This document shows, piece after piece, positions 1-12,384 of a stretch of 64,000 nt of DNA (its first letter is position 1; every line of letters starts with the position of its first letter). The notes below the pieces were generated by a model. It had not been told where the DNA came from and did no database searches. It saw only the letters and a program-made list of their open reading frames with translations. Position numbers and translations under genes: made by a program. Source of the DNA: Felis catus (lineage: Eukaryota); NCBI RefSeq assembly GCF_018350175.1, contig NC_058368.1, positions 69,380,001 through 69,444,000 on the forward strand, given 5' to 3'.

Positions 1-200
1 CTTCCCAAGGGCTTCCCAGCATCAGGCACAGCACCCGCCTCCCACCCCAGCTTTGGGAGTGGGGAGCCAGCCCCCTGAGCTCTGGTTCCGGCCAGCCCAG
101 CCCTTCTTTGCTCCCCTAGCCCTTGGGTAGTAGCTGCTCCCCAGAGTAGGAGAATCTCGCTTACCTCGGCCCCAGGCATCACAACTGCTTTGTGAATTTA
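1..200. mobile_element. ERVL LTR relic (LTR16/LTR33/MER74-like)
   Basis: Motif 'ctagcccttgggtagtagctgct' resembles these LTR families; recalled similarity only. Confidence 0.35.
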
Positions 201-669
201 CCGATGTTTGAGTACCCTGTGTCTTACTCTTTCAGCCTTCCAATGTCTCTATGTGACCGATATTTTATTCGCTCTGTCTCATTTTTGTAATTGCATTTTT
301 TCAACTGTGGTAAATACACAAAACGTTGAGATTACCATCTTAGCCACTTTTAAGGGAGCAGTTGAGGATTGTGGGGTGCGCTTTCATTGCCGTGCAGCAT
401 CGGAGTCTGGGGGTTCATGCATTATATCTGCCTTCTAACCTAGAAGGATTTAAACTCTTATCTTCAGGGCCCACAGAGAACAGGTGCACAACGAACGGCT
501 TGGACAGGAGAATGAATGGAAAGCAGAAGCCTAAGGAAAGAATGAGCAAGTGCATGTTTTCCCCTGAGACTAGCGCTGGGTGGGGAAAAGCATGGACTCT
601 GAAGGCATTTGAATTGTCCATGTGCTTTATTAAGGGGGTGGGTTTGGAAAATGTACTTGGCATTGACAA

Positions 670-790
670 GCTTCCTACCTCGGTTTGCTCATTGGGAAAT
701 GGGGAAATAAATGCCTATTCCGCAGAGTTGCAATGAGGGCTAAGTGAGGTCAAGGGCGCAAAGGCCAGGGAATTCCTAGGTGCACAGCAA
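670..790 (+). mobile_element. MIR SINE relic
   Basis: 'cctcggtttgctcattgggaaatggggaaataa...agagttgcaatgagg' MIR core. Confidence 0.6.
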
Positions 791-1678
791 GGTGGGCCCT
801 GCCCGCCCACAGGCCCTTCCTGCCCAGCACAATGCTGGCAAATCCTTATATCTCAGAACAAAATGTAGTTGATAGGTTGACGGTAGACACAGTGAAACAA
901 TAACCAAGACAGAATCTGTGACTCATTTATTACAGGGTGGGTGTCCTAAAAGCCCAAGAATATTAGATATCAAAAAAAGGCTTTGCTCTTTTACCTTAAA
1001 ATGTATGCAAAATATATTTTTTAATGACTAGATCTTAAATATCCATCATCCCGAATGATGCTAATAGCAAGTAAATAACCCCCCGACGAAATCAGTGTGC
1101 GGAAGATAATATTACTGTTCCCTAATCATTGGGACTATCAGTGGTTTGCATTATGAGCAGCTTATGTGAGATTTTTATACTCTGTTTTGGGTGGCATCTT
1201 GGGTTACTTAAAAATGTGTCTTCCTGGAGAAAACTCTGAGAACCTTGAGGGGGCAGCAAAGGAGCATCACAACTTGAGGTTGAAGAACAATGAGGAGTTT
1301 CGTCATTTTGGGGAAGAGATACACTAACCTATCCTGAAGCAGTTTCTAAAGAATGTACCAGTTCTATTAGAAATACCTCAACGTATTCTGTTGCTGCCCA
1401 GGATTCTACTTTCGCCCCTTCCGAGGTCAACGTTCAGAGCATAAACAGGGAAGAAACACAGGTTACTGTGAATAATCAGAGCCGTTGGGGACTGGTCCTC
1501 TCCTGGGTTAATTATCAGTGTATTTGCACTGTATTATCTTTTCTGACCCTCCTCCATTGTTGGGACAAATAATCTGATTAACAACACAAACTTGGTAAAG
1601 CATGAGGCCTGAGCTGCTATTTATGTAAAATTATTTTGAAATTTTTCCACATTGGAGGAATTTTTAAAAGCTCTTTCT

Positions 1679-1888
1679 GGGGCACCTGGGTGGCTCAGTC
1701 ATTTAAGTGTCCAACTTCGACTCGGGTCATGATCTCACAGTTTGTGAGCTCGAGCCCCACATCAGGCTCTGCACTGATAACACAGATCCTGCTTGGGATT
1801 CTCTCTCTCTGTCTCTTTCTGTCTCTCCCCCACTCATGTGCTCTTTCTCTGTCTCTCAAAATAAGTAAATAAACATAAAAAAAAAAAC
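1679..1888 (+). mobile_element. Can-SINE (SINEC_Fc2-like)
   Basis: ggggcacctgggtggctcag head, (CT)n, A tail. Confidence 0.95.
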
Positions 1889-2469
1889 TGTCTATATAGT
1901 CAGTGCCTGATAAATGCCAACTAATTATTTGACCTTCGATACATATGTGGCAGATAATTAACTGCTACATAGCATTAGTCTTTAAAGCAATGTTTAGATC
2001 CCAGGTTCTACACATTCCTATCCGAATGATGGCCTGGTACAATATGGTTAAACAAATAAGGAAAAAGAAATTGGAGAAACCATGAGAGTTTTACGATCAA
2101 AATAATAGCATGGTAGGATTAAGGGGGATCATTGAGGATGAATATTAGAAAATATGAAAATTAACATCTGCTACCCTAAGATACAGATTAAGCTGGCTCT
2201 ATGTACTTAACACATTTTTGAAAAGGAACACATGTACCATACAGTAATACTTTTCACACTGTTATAAATTTGGCATATGCCTCTGGAGAAAACAGTAGCT
2301 TTTCTGTGTGATAAACACACACACTTTTGACATAACACTGGATTTGTTCAATTATATCCTTTATCATGGATGGCCAATATGAGCACACTTAATTCTCCCA
2401 CACTAAGAAGTCAACATGGACACTCAATCTCTTGTTTTCTGTGCATGATCCAAGCTTGTGTGTACTAAA

Positions 2470-2684
2470 ATATAACGTGGCTACTGATGTTGAACAACTT
2501 GTCATGTGCTTGTTCGCCTATTTTATAATTGGATTGTTAGTTTCCTTTACTGTCAAGTTTTGAGAGCTCCTTATATTAAATATTACAAATGTAAGATCTT
2601 TGTGGGACATGTGATCTGCAAATACTTTTTCCTGGTCAAGAGCTTATCTTTCACCCTCTGGACAGGGTCTTTTGCAGCACAAAA
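2470..2684 (-). mobile_element. L1M ORF2 3' fragment (antisense part of an inverted L1)
   Basis: Reverse complement reads like L1 'ttttgtgctgcaaaagac...aagtatttgcagatcacat'. Confidence 0.75.
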
Positions 2685-2689
2685 CAAGA

Positions 2690-3545
2690 TAGAATCTGTA
2701 TGCTGACAAATCACAACATATTGATGAAATAAATAAAAGAAAATCTAAATAAATGGAGAGGTGTCAGGCACTAATGAGTTGGAAAGCTCACTATACTAAA
2801 GATATCAATTTCCCCCAAATTGATCTGTAGATTCAACATAGTTCCTATAAAAATCGCCACAAGATTGTTTTTTGCAGATATAAACAATCCAATTCTAAAA
2901 TACATATGGAATGGTGAAGGAACTTGAATAGTCAATACAACTTTGAAAAAGAAGAATTAAGTGGGAGGAAATACTCTACCTGTTTTTAAGACTTAGTATA
3001 TAGTGTTAGTAACCAAGACAGCACAGTACTGGAAGAGGAATAGACACATAGATCAATGGAAGAGAAAAGAGAACCCAAAAATAGATCAATGTAATATGTC
3101 CAATTAATGTTTAGGAAAGGCACAATTCCACGGAGGAAGGACAGTGTTTTCAACAAATGATGCTGGAAAATTAGACATCCAGAGACAAACAAGGAAGTTC
3201 AACCTAAACTTTGCACTGAATGAAAAAAACTAATTCAACAATGGATCATTAATTAATTTATTTTTTCATTCTATTTTTTTAATTTATAATAGGCTTCAGG
3301 CCCAATGTGGAGCTTGAACTCACAACCCTGAGATCAAGAGTCACATGCTCTACCGACTGAGCCAGCCCAGCACCCCGGATCATGGATTTAAATGCACAAT
3401 GTAAAGTTCTAACACTTATAGAAGAACACTGAGGAAAGAGTCGTTGGACCCTAGGGCTAGGAAAAGTGTTCTTAGACATGACACCAAAAACATAAGCCAT
3501 TAAAAAATTTTTTAATTAAATTAGATGTCATTAAAATGTTTGTGT
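2690..3545 (+). mobile_element. L1M ORF2 fragment, interrupted by a short SINE
   Basis: 'ctaaataaatggagag...ctgtagattcaac...gacacatagatcaatggaa...ttcaacaaatgatgctggaaaa' degenerate L1 ORF2. Confidence 0.9.
3272..3376 (-). mobile_element. short Can-SINE (old type)
   Basis: tRNA-Lys-like body; TSD-like ggatcat on both sides. Confidence 0.9.
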
Positions 3546-3579
3546 CCATCTCCTTTTGAGGAGCCATTCTTTCTCCCTC

Positions 3580-4110
3580 CCTCCGTAGAGACGGGAGCTT
3601 CCATTATCTTCGATGATCCCAATCCTGTGGCTACAAGGGATGGCACAGCTGGCCCAAGCTGGGCCAGTTGAAATACATAGTCTCCTGGTCATGGGAATTG
3701 GTGGAAAACTTGAACACATGATGGAAACCAGGCTTATCAGACCATCCCTGGGGTTTTCCACGTGTGGCCCGGGGGGGTGGGGGGGGGAGCCTTCTTTCTT
3801 CTCCAACCATGTGATGTGAGGATAGAAACCCATAAGGGGCAGTGATCACATGAGACAGCAGGTGTACAATGAGAAAGCTTGCCAAGAGAAGCAGAGAGAC
3901 CGGTTCTGCATGTTCTTATGTCAAGATGCCAGCCCTGGTGGACCCCACGGCCTCACCAGGGCTGAGGGGAGGAGGACCACCACCCACCTATAGCCTATGC
4001 ACAAGACACTGTTTGGGAAGCTCTGCCAGAGCCAGCAAGTCAGTCTCCTTTCTTCGAAGGGCTGTTTGAGTTGGGTTCTTGCCACTTGCAATGGAGGGAA
4101 TTCTGACTAC
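3580..4110 (+). mobile_element. MaLR LTR (MLT1K/L-like)
   Basis: 3' end 'gagttgggttcttgccacttgcaa...ttctgacta' typical of old MLT1. Confidence 0.6.
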
Positions 4111-4574
4111 TTCAAAGCAAAGCTAGTTTGAAGACCCAGGATAGTCTGGTTGCAAAGGCTGTGCTTTTTACCACCGTGTGACCTACTGCCCCCACCATGA
4201 GTGCCCTCTTCTGGTTGAAATTCTACTTCCTAGAGACACGTTTTCTATGGAAACTCTCCCCTTTTGGGAAATTGTCATGTGTGTATCTATCATGGCTTCT
4301 ACCAACTTTTCAACTACATTGAAGGTATCTGTTAGTGAAGAACGTTGAGATTCAGCTAATTGTCCACACTGTGCCAGTGAGTATGCTTTTTCATGTTTTT
4401 TCGTTTAATACTCAAGTATTTGGTGATGTCATGGTTTTGGTATTTCACCAATGAGGAAAGTGAAGCTCCATGAAAGTAAGGAATTGGCCCAAGGCCAAAG
4501 GTAATTTTCAACCCACTGATATTTCTGTTCTCCCTGTGATCACTCCCCTTAATGGGCTCTAAGAATTTATGGCC

Positions 4575-4693
4575 TCTGCTTTGGATTCTGTGACTCCTTC
4601 TCTCTCTGTCCCTCCCCTGCTAGTACTCGGTCTTGCTCTGTCTTTTCCATCTCTCAAAAATAAATAAATGTTAAAAAAAATTTAAACAAAAAA
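4575..4693 (+). mobile_element. 5'-truncated Can-SINE
   Basis: 3' half plus A tail; TSD atttatggcctct on both sides. Confidence 0.9.
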
Positions 4694-4744
4694 GGATTTA
4701 TGGCCTCTCTAGTGCCTTTCCTTATTTAATTAAAACATTCCACT

Positions 4745-5175
4745 GAACCCTCCTATATTGCTGGTGGGAATGCAAATTGGTTCCACTACTGTGGAAAACA
4801 GTTTGATAGTTCCTTAAAAATTAAACACAGAATTACCATATGATCCACCAATTCCATTCCTAGGTATGTACCCAAAAGAATTGAAAGCAGGTGCTCAAAT
4901 ACATGATCAAAGTAGCACTAATCACAGCCAAAAGGCAGAGACATCCCAAATGTCCATCAGTGAACGAACGGACTAATTGTGGTATAGTCATACAATGGAA
5001 TATTATTTAGCCATGAAAAGGAACAAAGCATTGATACATGCAACATGGATGAATCTCAAAAACATGCTAACTGAAGAAGCCAGACACAAAAGTCCACATA
5101 CTATATGATTCCATTTATATGAAATGTTTAGAATAGGTAAATCCATAGAGACAAAGTGTAGATTGGTAGTTGTCC
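4745..5175 (+). mobile_element. L1MB 3' end fragment
   Basis: 'gctggtgggaatgcaaa...acaatggaatattatttagcc...gattccatttatatgaaatg'. Confidence 0.9.
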
Positions 5176-5246
5176 AACTGGTGGATGTCTTCTTTAGAGT
5201 AGCTAATGTTAACACAGTGTTTCTCTACAAATTATAAGGAATTTTA

Positions 5247-5355
5247 GGGTGCCCAGCTGGCTCAGTTGGAGCATGAGACTCTTGATCTCAAAGTTGTGAG
5301 TTTGAGCCCCACGTTGGGTGTAAAGATTACTTAAAAATAAAATCTTTAAAAACAA
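5247..5355 (+). mobile_element. short Can-SINE (old type)
   Basis: gggtgcccagctggctcag...gattacttaaaaataaaatc. Confidence 0.9.
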
Positions 5356-5586
5356 AGAAATGAAAAGGCATTTATGCATTTACACATAGCTATAGCCAAG
5401 GGTTTTTAGTTATCTTATAAAACAAGATCACACCATATGTTCCTTCTACATCTTGCTTTGTCGTCATCAGAAATTCCTACCGCAATAGATCCAAGTACTG
5501 ATATAACTCTGACTTTTTATTTTTAATGGATATATATATCGCTTTTCTAACAAAAGTGAAAGAAGACCTACATTCAACCCACAATA

Positions 5587-5752
5587 CAGTAAAACCTTGG
5601 ATTGCAAGTAACTTGTTCTGCAAGTGTTCTGCAAGACGAGCAAACATTTTTAATAAATTTTAACTTGATAAATGAGTGATATCTTGCAATACGACTGGTA
5701 TGTGACGCTGAGTTGTCACATGATCACAACTGAGTCAATGGTTTTCTCTCTC

Positions 5753-5792
<40 letters not shown>

Positions 5793-6354
5793 GGATTGTC
5801 GGTGATTGTCTCCCATGGTCAAATGCTCAGTCTCAGGCCACGGTGCTTGTCAGAAAGCAGTGAATTTTCAGAATGTTGGGAAGTGCCCACAACTGACACT
5901 AGGGTATTTTTTGTCCCTTCAAAGTACCAATGGACAGTCCTTTGCTTTTCCATGCAAGAGTAAGCTTAGGAATGCTTTGCTTCATTCTAGGTCATTGGAT
6001 AGGTTCTTTTTTAAAGTCGCATGAAAAGAAGTGTGACGATAGCACTGATTCTATTAATGATAGTGAAAGTCACTGTATGCAATAACCCTCCTCCCTTGTC
6101 CCCTCACACCAGCCACGAAGGTTTTCAAAGGTAAGTGCAGGTTAATTTGTTTATTTTTCTATTTTGTATTATCTTTATTATGTTGTATTATATTACAGTA
6201 TTGTTATCATTTTTATGTGAATATTTTTGGGTTGTGAAACATATCATCCGAGTTTCCATTATTTCTTACGGGGAAATTCGCTTTGATATACAAGTGCTTT
6301 GGATTACAATCATGTTTCCGGAATGAATTATGTTTGCAAACCAAGGTTTTACTG
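5587..6354. mobile_element. Non-autonomous TcMar-Tigger DNA transposon
   Basis: TIRs cagtaaaaccttggattgcaa / ttgcaaaccaaggttttactg (1 mismatch) flanked by TA on both sides. Confidence 0.9.
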
Positions 6355-6470
6355 TACTTACTACTATCTGTTCTTACGTTATTCTCCCATCTGTTCCATA
6401 AAAGACTTCAAAGTCTGTTCCTCACCTACAAGAAAGCACTGCAACCCCAAGATCAATGAGTCACGTACTT

Positions 6471-6680
6471 TGGGCGCCTGAGTGGCTCAGTGGGTTAAGT
6501 GGCCAACTTCAGCTCGGGTCATGATCTCACAGTTCACAAGTTCCAGCCCTATATTGGGCTCTCTGCTGTCAGCGCAGAGACTGCTTTGGATCTCTGTCTT
6601 CCTCTCTCTCTGCCCCTCCCTCACTCACACACATGCACATACTCCCTCTTTCTCTAAAATAAATAAACGTTTTAAAAAAA
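6471..6680 (+). mobile_element. Can-SINE
   Basis: Head, body, CT tract, A tail; TSD-like aatgagtcacgtactt / aatgaatcatgtactt. Confidence 0.95.
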
Positions 6681-6814
6681 TGAATCATGTACTTGTACAG
6701 TGTTCGTCCAATTGTGTGAGGAGCATACCCGTACCGTCTCGCTCAGGCCCTCTTGGATAAGTGATGCGCGTTTTTAAGAGCACCGAAGTCCAGATGCATT
6801 TTGTAATCATGTTA

Positions 6815-6886
6815 GGAGCAAAGTCAGCTTGTCCACAAGGGGCCCGAACCCAAGACCTAGGCCTCATTACTGCCAGTACTGAGCCA
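6815..6886 (-). mobile_element. MamSINE1-like tRNA-derived relic
   Basis: Reverse complement 'ggctcag...taatgaggcctaggtcttgggttcgggcccc' resembles the tRNA-Ile-like MamSINE1 head. Confidence 0.55.
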
Positions 6887-7649
6887 TGGAGGCAGCCTGT
6901 GGCTGAAGATAATTAGCTGTGCAGACAGACTCTCTCCTCTCATGGGTCCTTAGTGACCAAAACAATCTTTTGAAGCCAACAAAACAGGCTCAGATTGTGT
7001 TTCTGCCCTGAAATGCAATCATTTTCCTCAGCGTCCTCAAAATAAGATTTCATAATAAGAGCTGTTGGTGTCAGAGATCAGTCACACAGGTGGTAAAAAG
7101 GCAGAGATAATCCCTTACTTTGTTTATTCAACTTGCTGACAGCTGAGGCTGTTTTCCGTTGTGGTGTAGGGAAGGGAGAAGGCAGGGACCACTTTCTTCT
7201 TAAATTTAGGAAGCACACGGCTTAGCAGGCTGCCGAGGCACTGTTCTTCGACTCAGAAAGGCGCCAGCCATTTTGATCGTTCTGAAGAATGAAGGAGCGG
7301 GCTTCACTAACAAAGATGGAGCCATGTAATCCTCGAGGGAAAGGTAACATGACATTTGTCGCTGGAGCTGAGCCTTGCCAACTCGTGGTGGTCTCAGTCG
7401 CTTCCACAGGCCTTTCCTAGTAGATGGAAAACATGGTTTCGCTGTTCATCAAGGGAAGGAAAGTAACTACAATTGTTTAGCGGGAGACGTTCCAGATTTT
7501 GTGGCACTTGAAAAAAAATACAAAAATAGATCACTTTTGCAAATTTCACAAAAATCGATGACCGAAGGAAAAACTGCCAGGGGCCGTGGAAGGAGCTCAT
7601 GTCACTGTGGAAACCTGAAGCTTAAGCTCCATTGGTTTTACTATAACTA

Positions 7650-7765
7650 CACCCCTGCTTTTGAGGACCTACTATGTGCTAGATATTTTCACATGCGTTC
7701 TCTCATTTAACCCTCCCAACAATCTGTGAGGTGGTTGCTCTTACCTCCAGTTTTCCAGGATGCTA
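7650..7765 (-). mobile_element. MIR relic
   Basis: 'cctactatgtgctag...tctcatttaaccctcccaacaatctgtgagg'. Confidence 0.75.
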
Positions 7766-9151
7766 AGAAAAGCAACCACTTTTCCCCCCCTTCTTTATAT
7801 TTTTTGTATTATTTGAATTTTCTGTATAATATGCATTTTTTTTTATCAAAAACAATAGTGATGCCATTTTCATTTTGGAAAACTTCAAGAAGGAAAGAAA
7901 CATGCCCATAACTTTTGTGCATAGGGTTTAATGCTATTTTGCCAGCATGTGGCTGAAAGCCCGGCACTCAGTAGGTCCTCAGTAATGTTGTCATCTATTC
8001 ACGTAGCTGCACCCTGCTTGAAAGGCGGCATTTTCCACATATCCAAGTTGTCTCTAAAGGGCTTGATGCCAGGCCAGGGGAACAAGAAGACCACCTCATA
8101 GATAATGGGCCTATATCCAAGGCACCATGATCCCAGAAAAATTAGGAAGCCTCTTTGCACCCAAATTCTCAATCTCCTCTCCTTCCCCATCATGATCCCT
8201 ACAAAAACAAGCCATACTCTTATGTCTGTTGAGGCTGGATACTTCTTTCGTAAGAGGCAACATTATTTTGTCTCATAATTGAAATTAAGGCTTCATGTTT
8301 CCTCTGGGATTTTGACATGAATCCCTCCCCTCCCCACCACCACCCAACCACACCCCTTACTGATTCTTTAAAGCAGTTTTGGGAAAAGGCAGCATTCTGA
8401 GAAGAGTTCTGGGGAAAGGGGAATACCATCTCCACCAGCATCATAAAATCTGGTTGCATCATGCAGAGGAAAGATGTGGTAAGTTCAAGATCTTGGGAGG
8501 GGATCCCCGTTGTCTCCAACAGGGACTGGGCCAGTTCTGCCTGGTTCTCAATGGCAGCTGTAGAGAAGTGGCTGAGAGCTATGAGTCTGGGTGGTGTCTA
8601 GAGAAGGAATAAGTTACCAGGAAGGAGAACAGATCCAAGACTTATGAATTTTTCATCATTGTTAATGTCCAACCTAAAGCTGAGGAAGTGATATTATGGA
8701 AAGAATTTCTCAGTCGTTAAGGGGATAGAATTAGGCCACTCACATCTTAAGGCTTTTAGTTCTTAAGAGTACCCTTCTATTGAGCTAAGAATTTTGGGCG
8801 GGAGGTTGGGGGGGGCAGCTAGAGAATATTCCACATACTACGTTCTTCATTGGCAGAATGTTTGCTTAACCTGTCATAATCCATGTGTTTTGACGAACCC
8901 AAGGGTTGTCATTTTTGTCTTAGAAAACTTTACATCAGTCATGGAAAAGGGTTCCATTTAGTGTAGCCTAATAATAATAGAAAATAATAGACTTTAAAAA
9001 AATTGTGAATATAGCGGTGGGGAAAAATTGAGAGAAACCTGCTTGAGTGCATTAGGTTCATATAGTCTTACTCCTACGCAGAATAGTTTGGCAGAAAATC
9101 AAAGATAAATTGAAAATTCAGGCAAGAAGTCTGTTGATCCAAGTTTTGTGT

Positions 9152-9275
9152 GTTTTTTTTTTAAGTTCATTTACTTATTTATTTTTAGTAATCTCTACAC
9201 CCAACGTGGAGCTCCAACTCACAATCCTGAGACCAGGAGTCGCTTCCTCTTCTAACTGAGCCAGCCAGGCACCTC
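9152..9275 (-). mobile_element. short Can-SINE (old type)
   Basis: agtaatctctacacccaacgtgg...ctgagccagccagg. Confidence 0.9.
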
Positions 9276-9396
9276 AATCCAGGTATTTTTAAAATAATCT
9301 TCCATGTGGTTATAACACTTGGAGCTTCTGTAAAGATGGCAGGCAATTTTTTTGATTTTATTATTTAAGTGCACTTCAATGTTTTCATATAGAAAA

Positions 9397-9467
9397 ATTT
9401 ATTTTTTAATATTTATTTATTTTTGAAAGAGAGAGAGAGAGAGAGAGACTGACAGTGTGAGTGGGGG

Positions 9468-9505
<38 letters not shown>

Positions 9506-9633
9506 ATCCGAAGCAGGCTCCAGGCTCCGAGCTATCAGCACAGAGCCCTACTCGGGGCTTGAACTCGTGAAACGTGAGATCGTGACCTGAGCCAAAGTCA
9601 GATGTTTAACCGACTGAGCCACCCAGGTGCCCT
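9397..9633 (-). mobile_element. Can-SINE (SINEC_Fc)
   Basis: Antisense full length with expanded (GA)n; TSD atagaaaa. Confidence 0.95.
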
Positions 9634-10234
9634 TCTTATAGAAAATTTTAAAGATTCCCCCAAATAAAGAAAAGATCCTAATGAACCTCCATGTAACTAC
9701 CACCAGATTCAATAATTAACAGTATTCTGCCATCTTGTTTTACTTCCTCCCAACTTTTTATTCCTTGAGTAATCAAAATCAAGCCCCACCCCCCTGCTCC
9801 TTTCGATTTATCTGTTGTGTCTTCTACCATACCTTTCAATTCCAACTTTGCTCTGTACTATAGCTTTATAAAACAGGAGTGTATGGGGTTAAGGTCAGGA
9901 GTATAAGTACCTGCCTTGGACACTATTCCTTGTACAACAAAAATATTAAACATTTTTTTCCTCCTCAAAGATAAAAATTGGAAAAAAAATCAAATCCCAG
10001 ACATCAAACATTTTACTTGCAACACTTCAATACATTGCAACATTAAAGAATGGTTCTTGAGGGGTTTGTTTTTTTTGTTGAAGATAAAATTTACCAATAA
10101 ATGGCAAAAAGTTGATTACCAGAAAGAAAAAAAAAATGTAAATTGAAGTCTTGCCATACACATGGATCAAATCTACATCAGACTATAACTCTGCTGGCAG
10201 AGCATTTATTTATTTAATGAGCAAATACTTTTTT

Positions 10235-10465
10235 CTTTTTTTTTTTATTTAAATTTTTTTTTCAACGTTTATTTATTTTTGGGACAGAGAGAGACAGAGC
10301 ATGAACGGGGGAGGGGCAGAGAGAGAGGGAGACACAGAATTGGAAACAGGCTCTAGGCTCTGAGCCATCAGCCCAGAGCCCGACGTGGGGCTCGAACTCA
10401 CGGACCGCGAGATCGTGACCTGGCTGAAGTCGGATGCTTAACCGACTGCGCCACCCAGGTGCCCC
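10235..10465 (-). mobile_element. young SINEC_Fc
   Basis: CpG-rich; perfect TSD gcaaatactttttt at 10221 and 10466. Confidence 0.97.
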
Positions 10466-10895
10466 GCAAATACTTTTTTCAATGACTACTATTTGCCAGG
10501 CATTGTGCCAGGTCTGGAAGATAGAAAGAAGACAGACAAGTGTTCGCCTTTGTAGAGCCAACACTGTCGAGGGTTTGGGTAGATATGGATCACTGGAGAC
10601 TTGAGCAGGTCCAGTATGGCAAATAAAGATACGCACAGTGAACAGGAAAACACTGTAAGGTCACGCAGCTAGCAGTAGATCAGGGGGCAAAGCTGTGAAA
10701 CACTAAGACCCCACAAGACTGTGCCTCACAATCCGAGACCATGTGGCACTTTGAAGGCAAAGGAAATGTCAGCTGTGCGTGATCCAGAATGATGTAATCC
10801 AAGAGTGGACCCAAAATCTGAAGGGGAGCTATCACAATGATGAGGCTTGAGAAGATTGCTAATGTTAATTTTTTTTTTTATAATACTCAAGTTTA

Positions 10896-11118
10896 TTTTA
10901 TTTTATTTTTTTTTTTTAACGTTTATTTATTTTTGAGACAGAGAGAGACAGAGCATGAACAGGGGAGGGTCAGAGAGAGGGAGACACAGAATCCGAAACA
11001 GGCTCCAGGCTCTGAGCTGTCAGCACAGAGCCCGACGCGGGGCTTGAACTCACAGACTGTGAGATCATGACCTGAGCCAAAGTCGGCCACCTAACCGACT
11101 GAGCCACCCAGGCGCCCC
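10896..11118 (-). mobile_element. young SINEC_Fc
   Basis: Perfect 17-bp TSD tataatactcaagttta at 10879 and 11119. Confidence 0.97.
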
Positions 11119-11726
11119 TATAATACTCAAGTTTAAATCACACTATCCACAGGCAAAAATTGCAAAAATACACTGCAACGTCCACTACATAAAATCATTG
11201 GTAATACGATGCATTTGAATGGATAATCATACTGAACTTGTATTATTTACTTATATTCACGTATAGGACTGGCTTTCTTTTGTGCTGTAACCAATTCTCT
11301 CCCACGTTGCATCCTGCCTCCCCCCGCCCACCCCGATTAAGAGATATGTCCTTTGAATGTGGGATGTCCTTAGCAGCTTGTGTAACATTTAAGTCTGTGA
11401 TCCATTCTGAGTTATGTTTTGCATAAGGCGTGAGGTTTATGTTGAGGTTCGTCTTCCACCGTTGTCTTTATAGCAAACTATTGGAAACCCAAATGTCTAG
11501 AGGAAATTGAGGAAAATCTTTGTGTTCTGCTCTGAGAAACTATCCCAGATAGATTATTAAGCAAAACTTAAAATCTTTTTAAAAGACAGTGCAAAACCAC
11601 TGGCCCTAGTATGCTAGAAAATATATACACAGATACTTAGCACAAAATAACTGGAAAGAAACAAAAGAAACTGATTATATTGTTTGCCTCTGGAAAACAG
11701 AACAAGGAAACAATGGTGCAAGGGAT

Positions 11727-12057
11727 TGATTGATTCATTGATTTACGTAATTTCTACACCCAACATGGGGCTCCAACTCACAATCAAGGGTCACACGTTC
11801 TTCTGACTGAGCCAGCCAGGTGCTCCTTTCCCTTTCAACTCTTTTTTTAAAAGTTTGTTTGTTTGTTTGTTTGTTTATGAGAGATATAGAGAGCAAGCAG
11901 GGGAGGGGCACAGAGAGAGGGAGAGAGAGAATCCCAAGCAGGCTCTGCCCCATCTTGCAGAGCCCAATATGGGGCTTGAACTCACAAACTACGAGATCAT
12001 GACCTGAGCGGAAACCAAGAGCCGGACGCTTGATCAACTGAGCCACCCCACTGCCCC
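11727..12057 (-). mobile_element. two tandem Can-SINEs (short old type 11727-11826; Fc2 type 11843-12057)
   Basis: Two antisense SINE heads; TSD-like ctttcaact. Confidence 0.9.
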
Positions 12058-12384
12058 TTTCTTTCAACTTTTAAAGTTGAGGTCACTGCTCACAGAACAA
12101 TGGGCAGAACATACATGGATAACGCTCCATATGTGCTCCCCAGTGAACACCCATGAAACCACCCTCCCACTCAATGAAGAATCCTTGCCAACACCTGAGA
12201 AAGCCCCTCATGGAGCGCCACTGCCCGTTCCCCCTTCTCAAAGGTTATGCCTGTGAACTCCATCCGTGCTGTGCTTGCATAGTAATTCATTCTTTCTTGT
12301 CACGGAGTGTTGCATTGAAGAAATGTGCCACGATTCCTCTCTTCAACTATTGAAGAATGGCGTGGCTCTTTCTAGGAGGCAATT

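Noticed and set aside
3272..3376. tRNA-Lys-like sequence (also in the other short SINEs)
   Set aside because: SINE head with a tail and TSD, not a tRNA gene.
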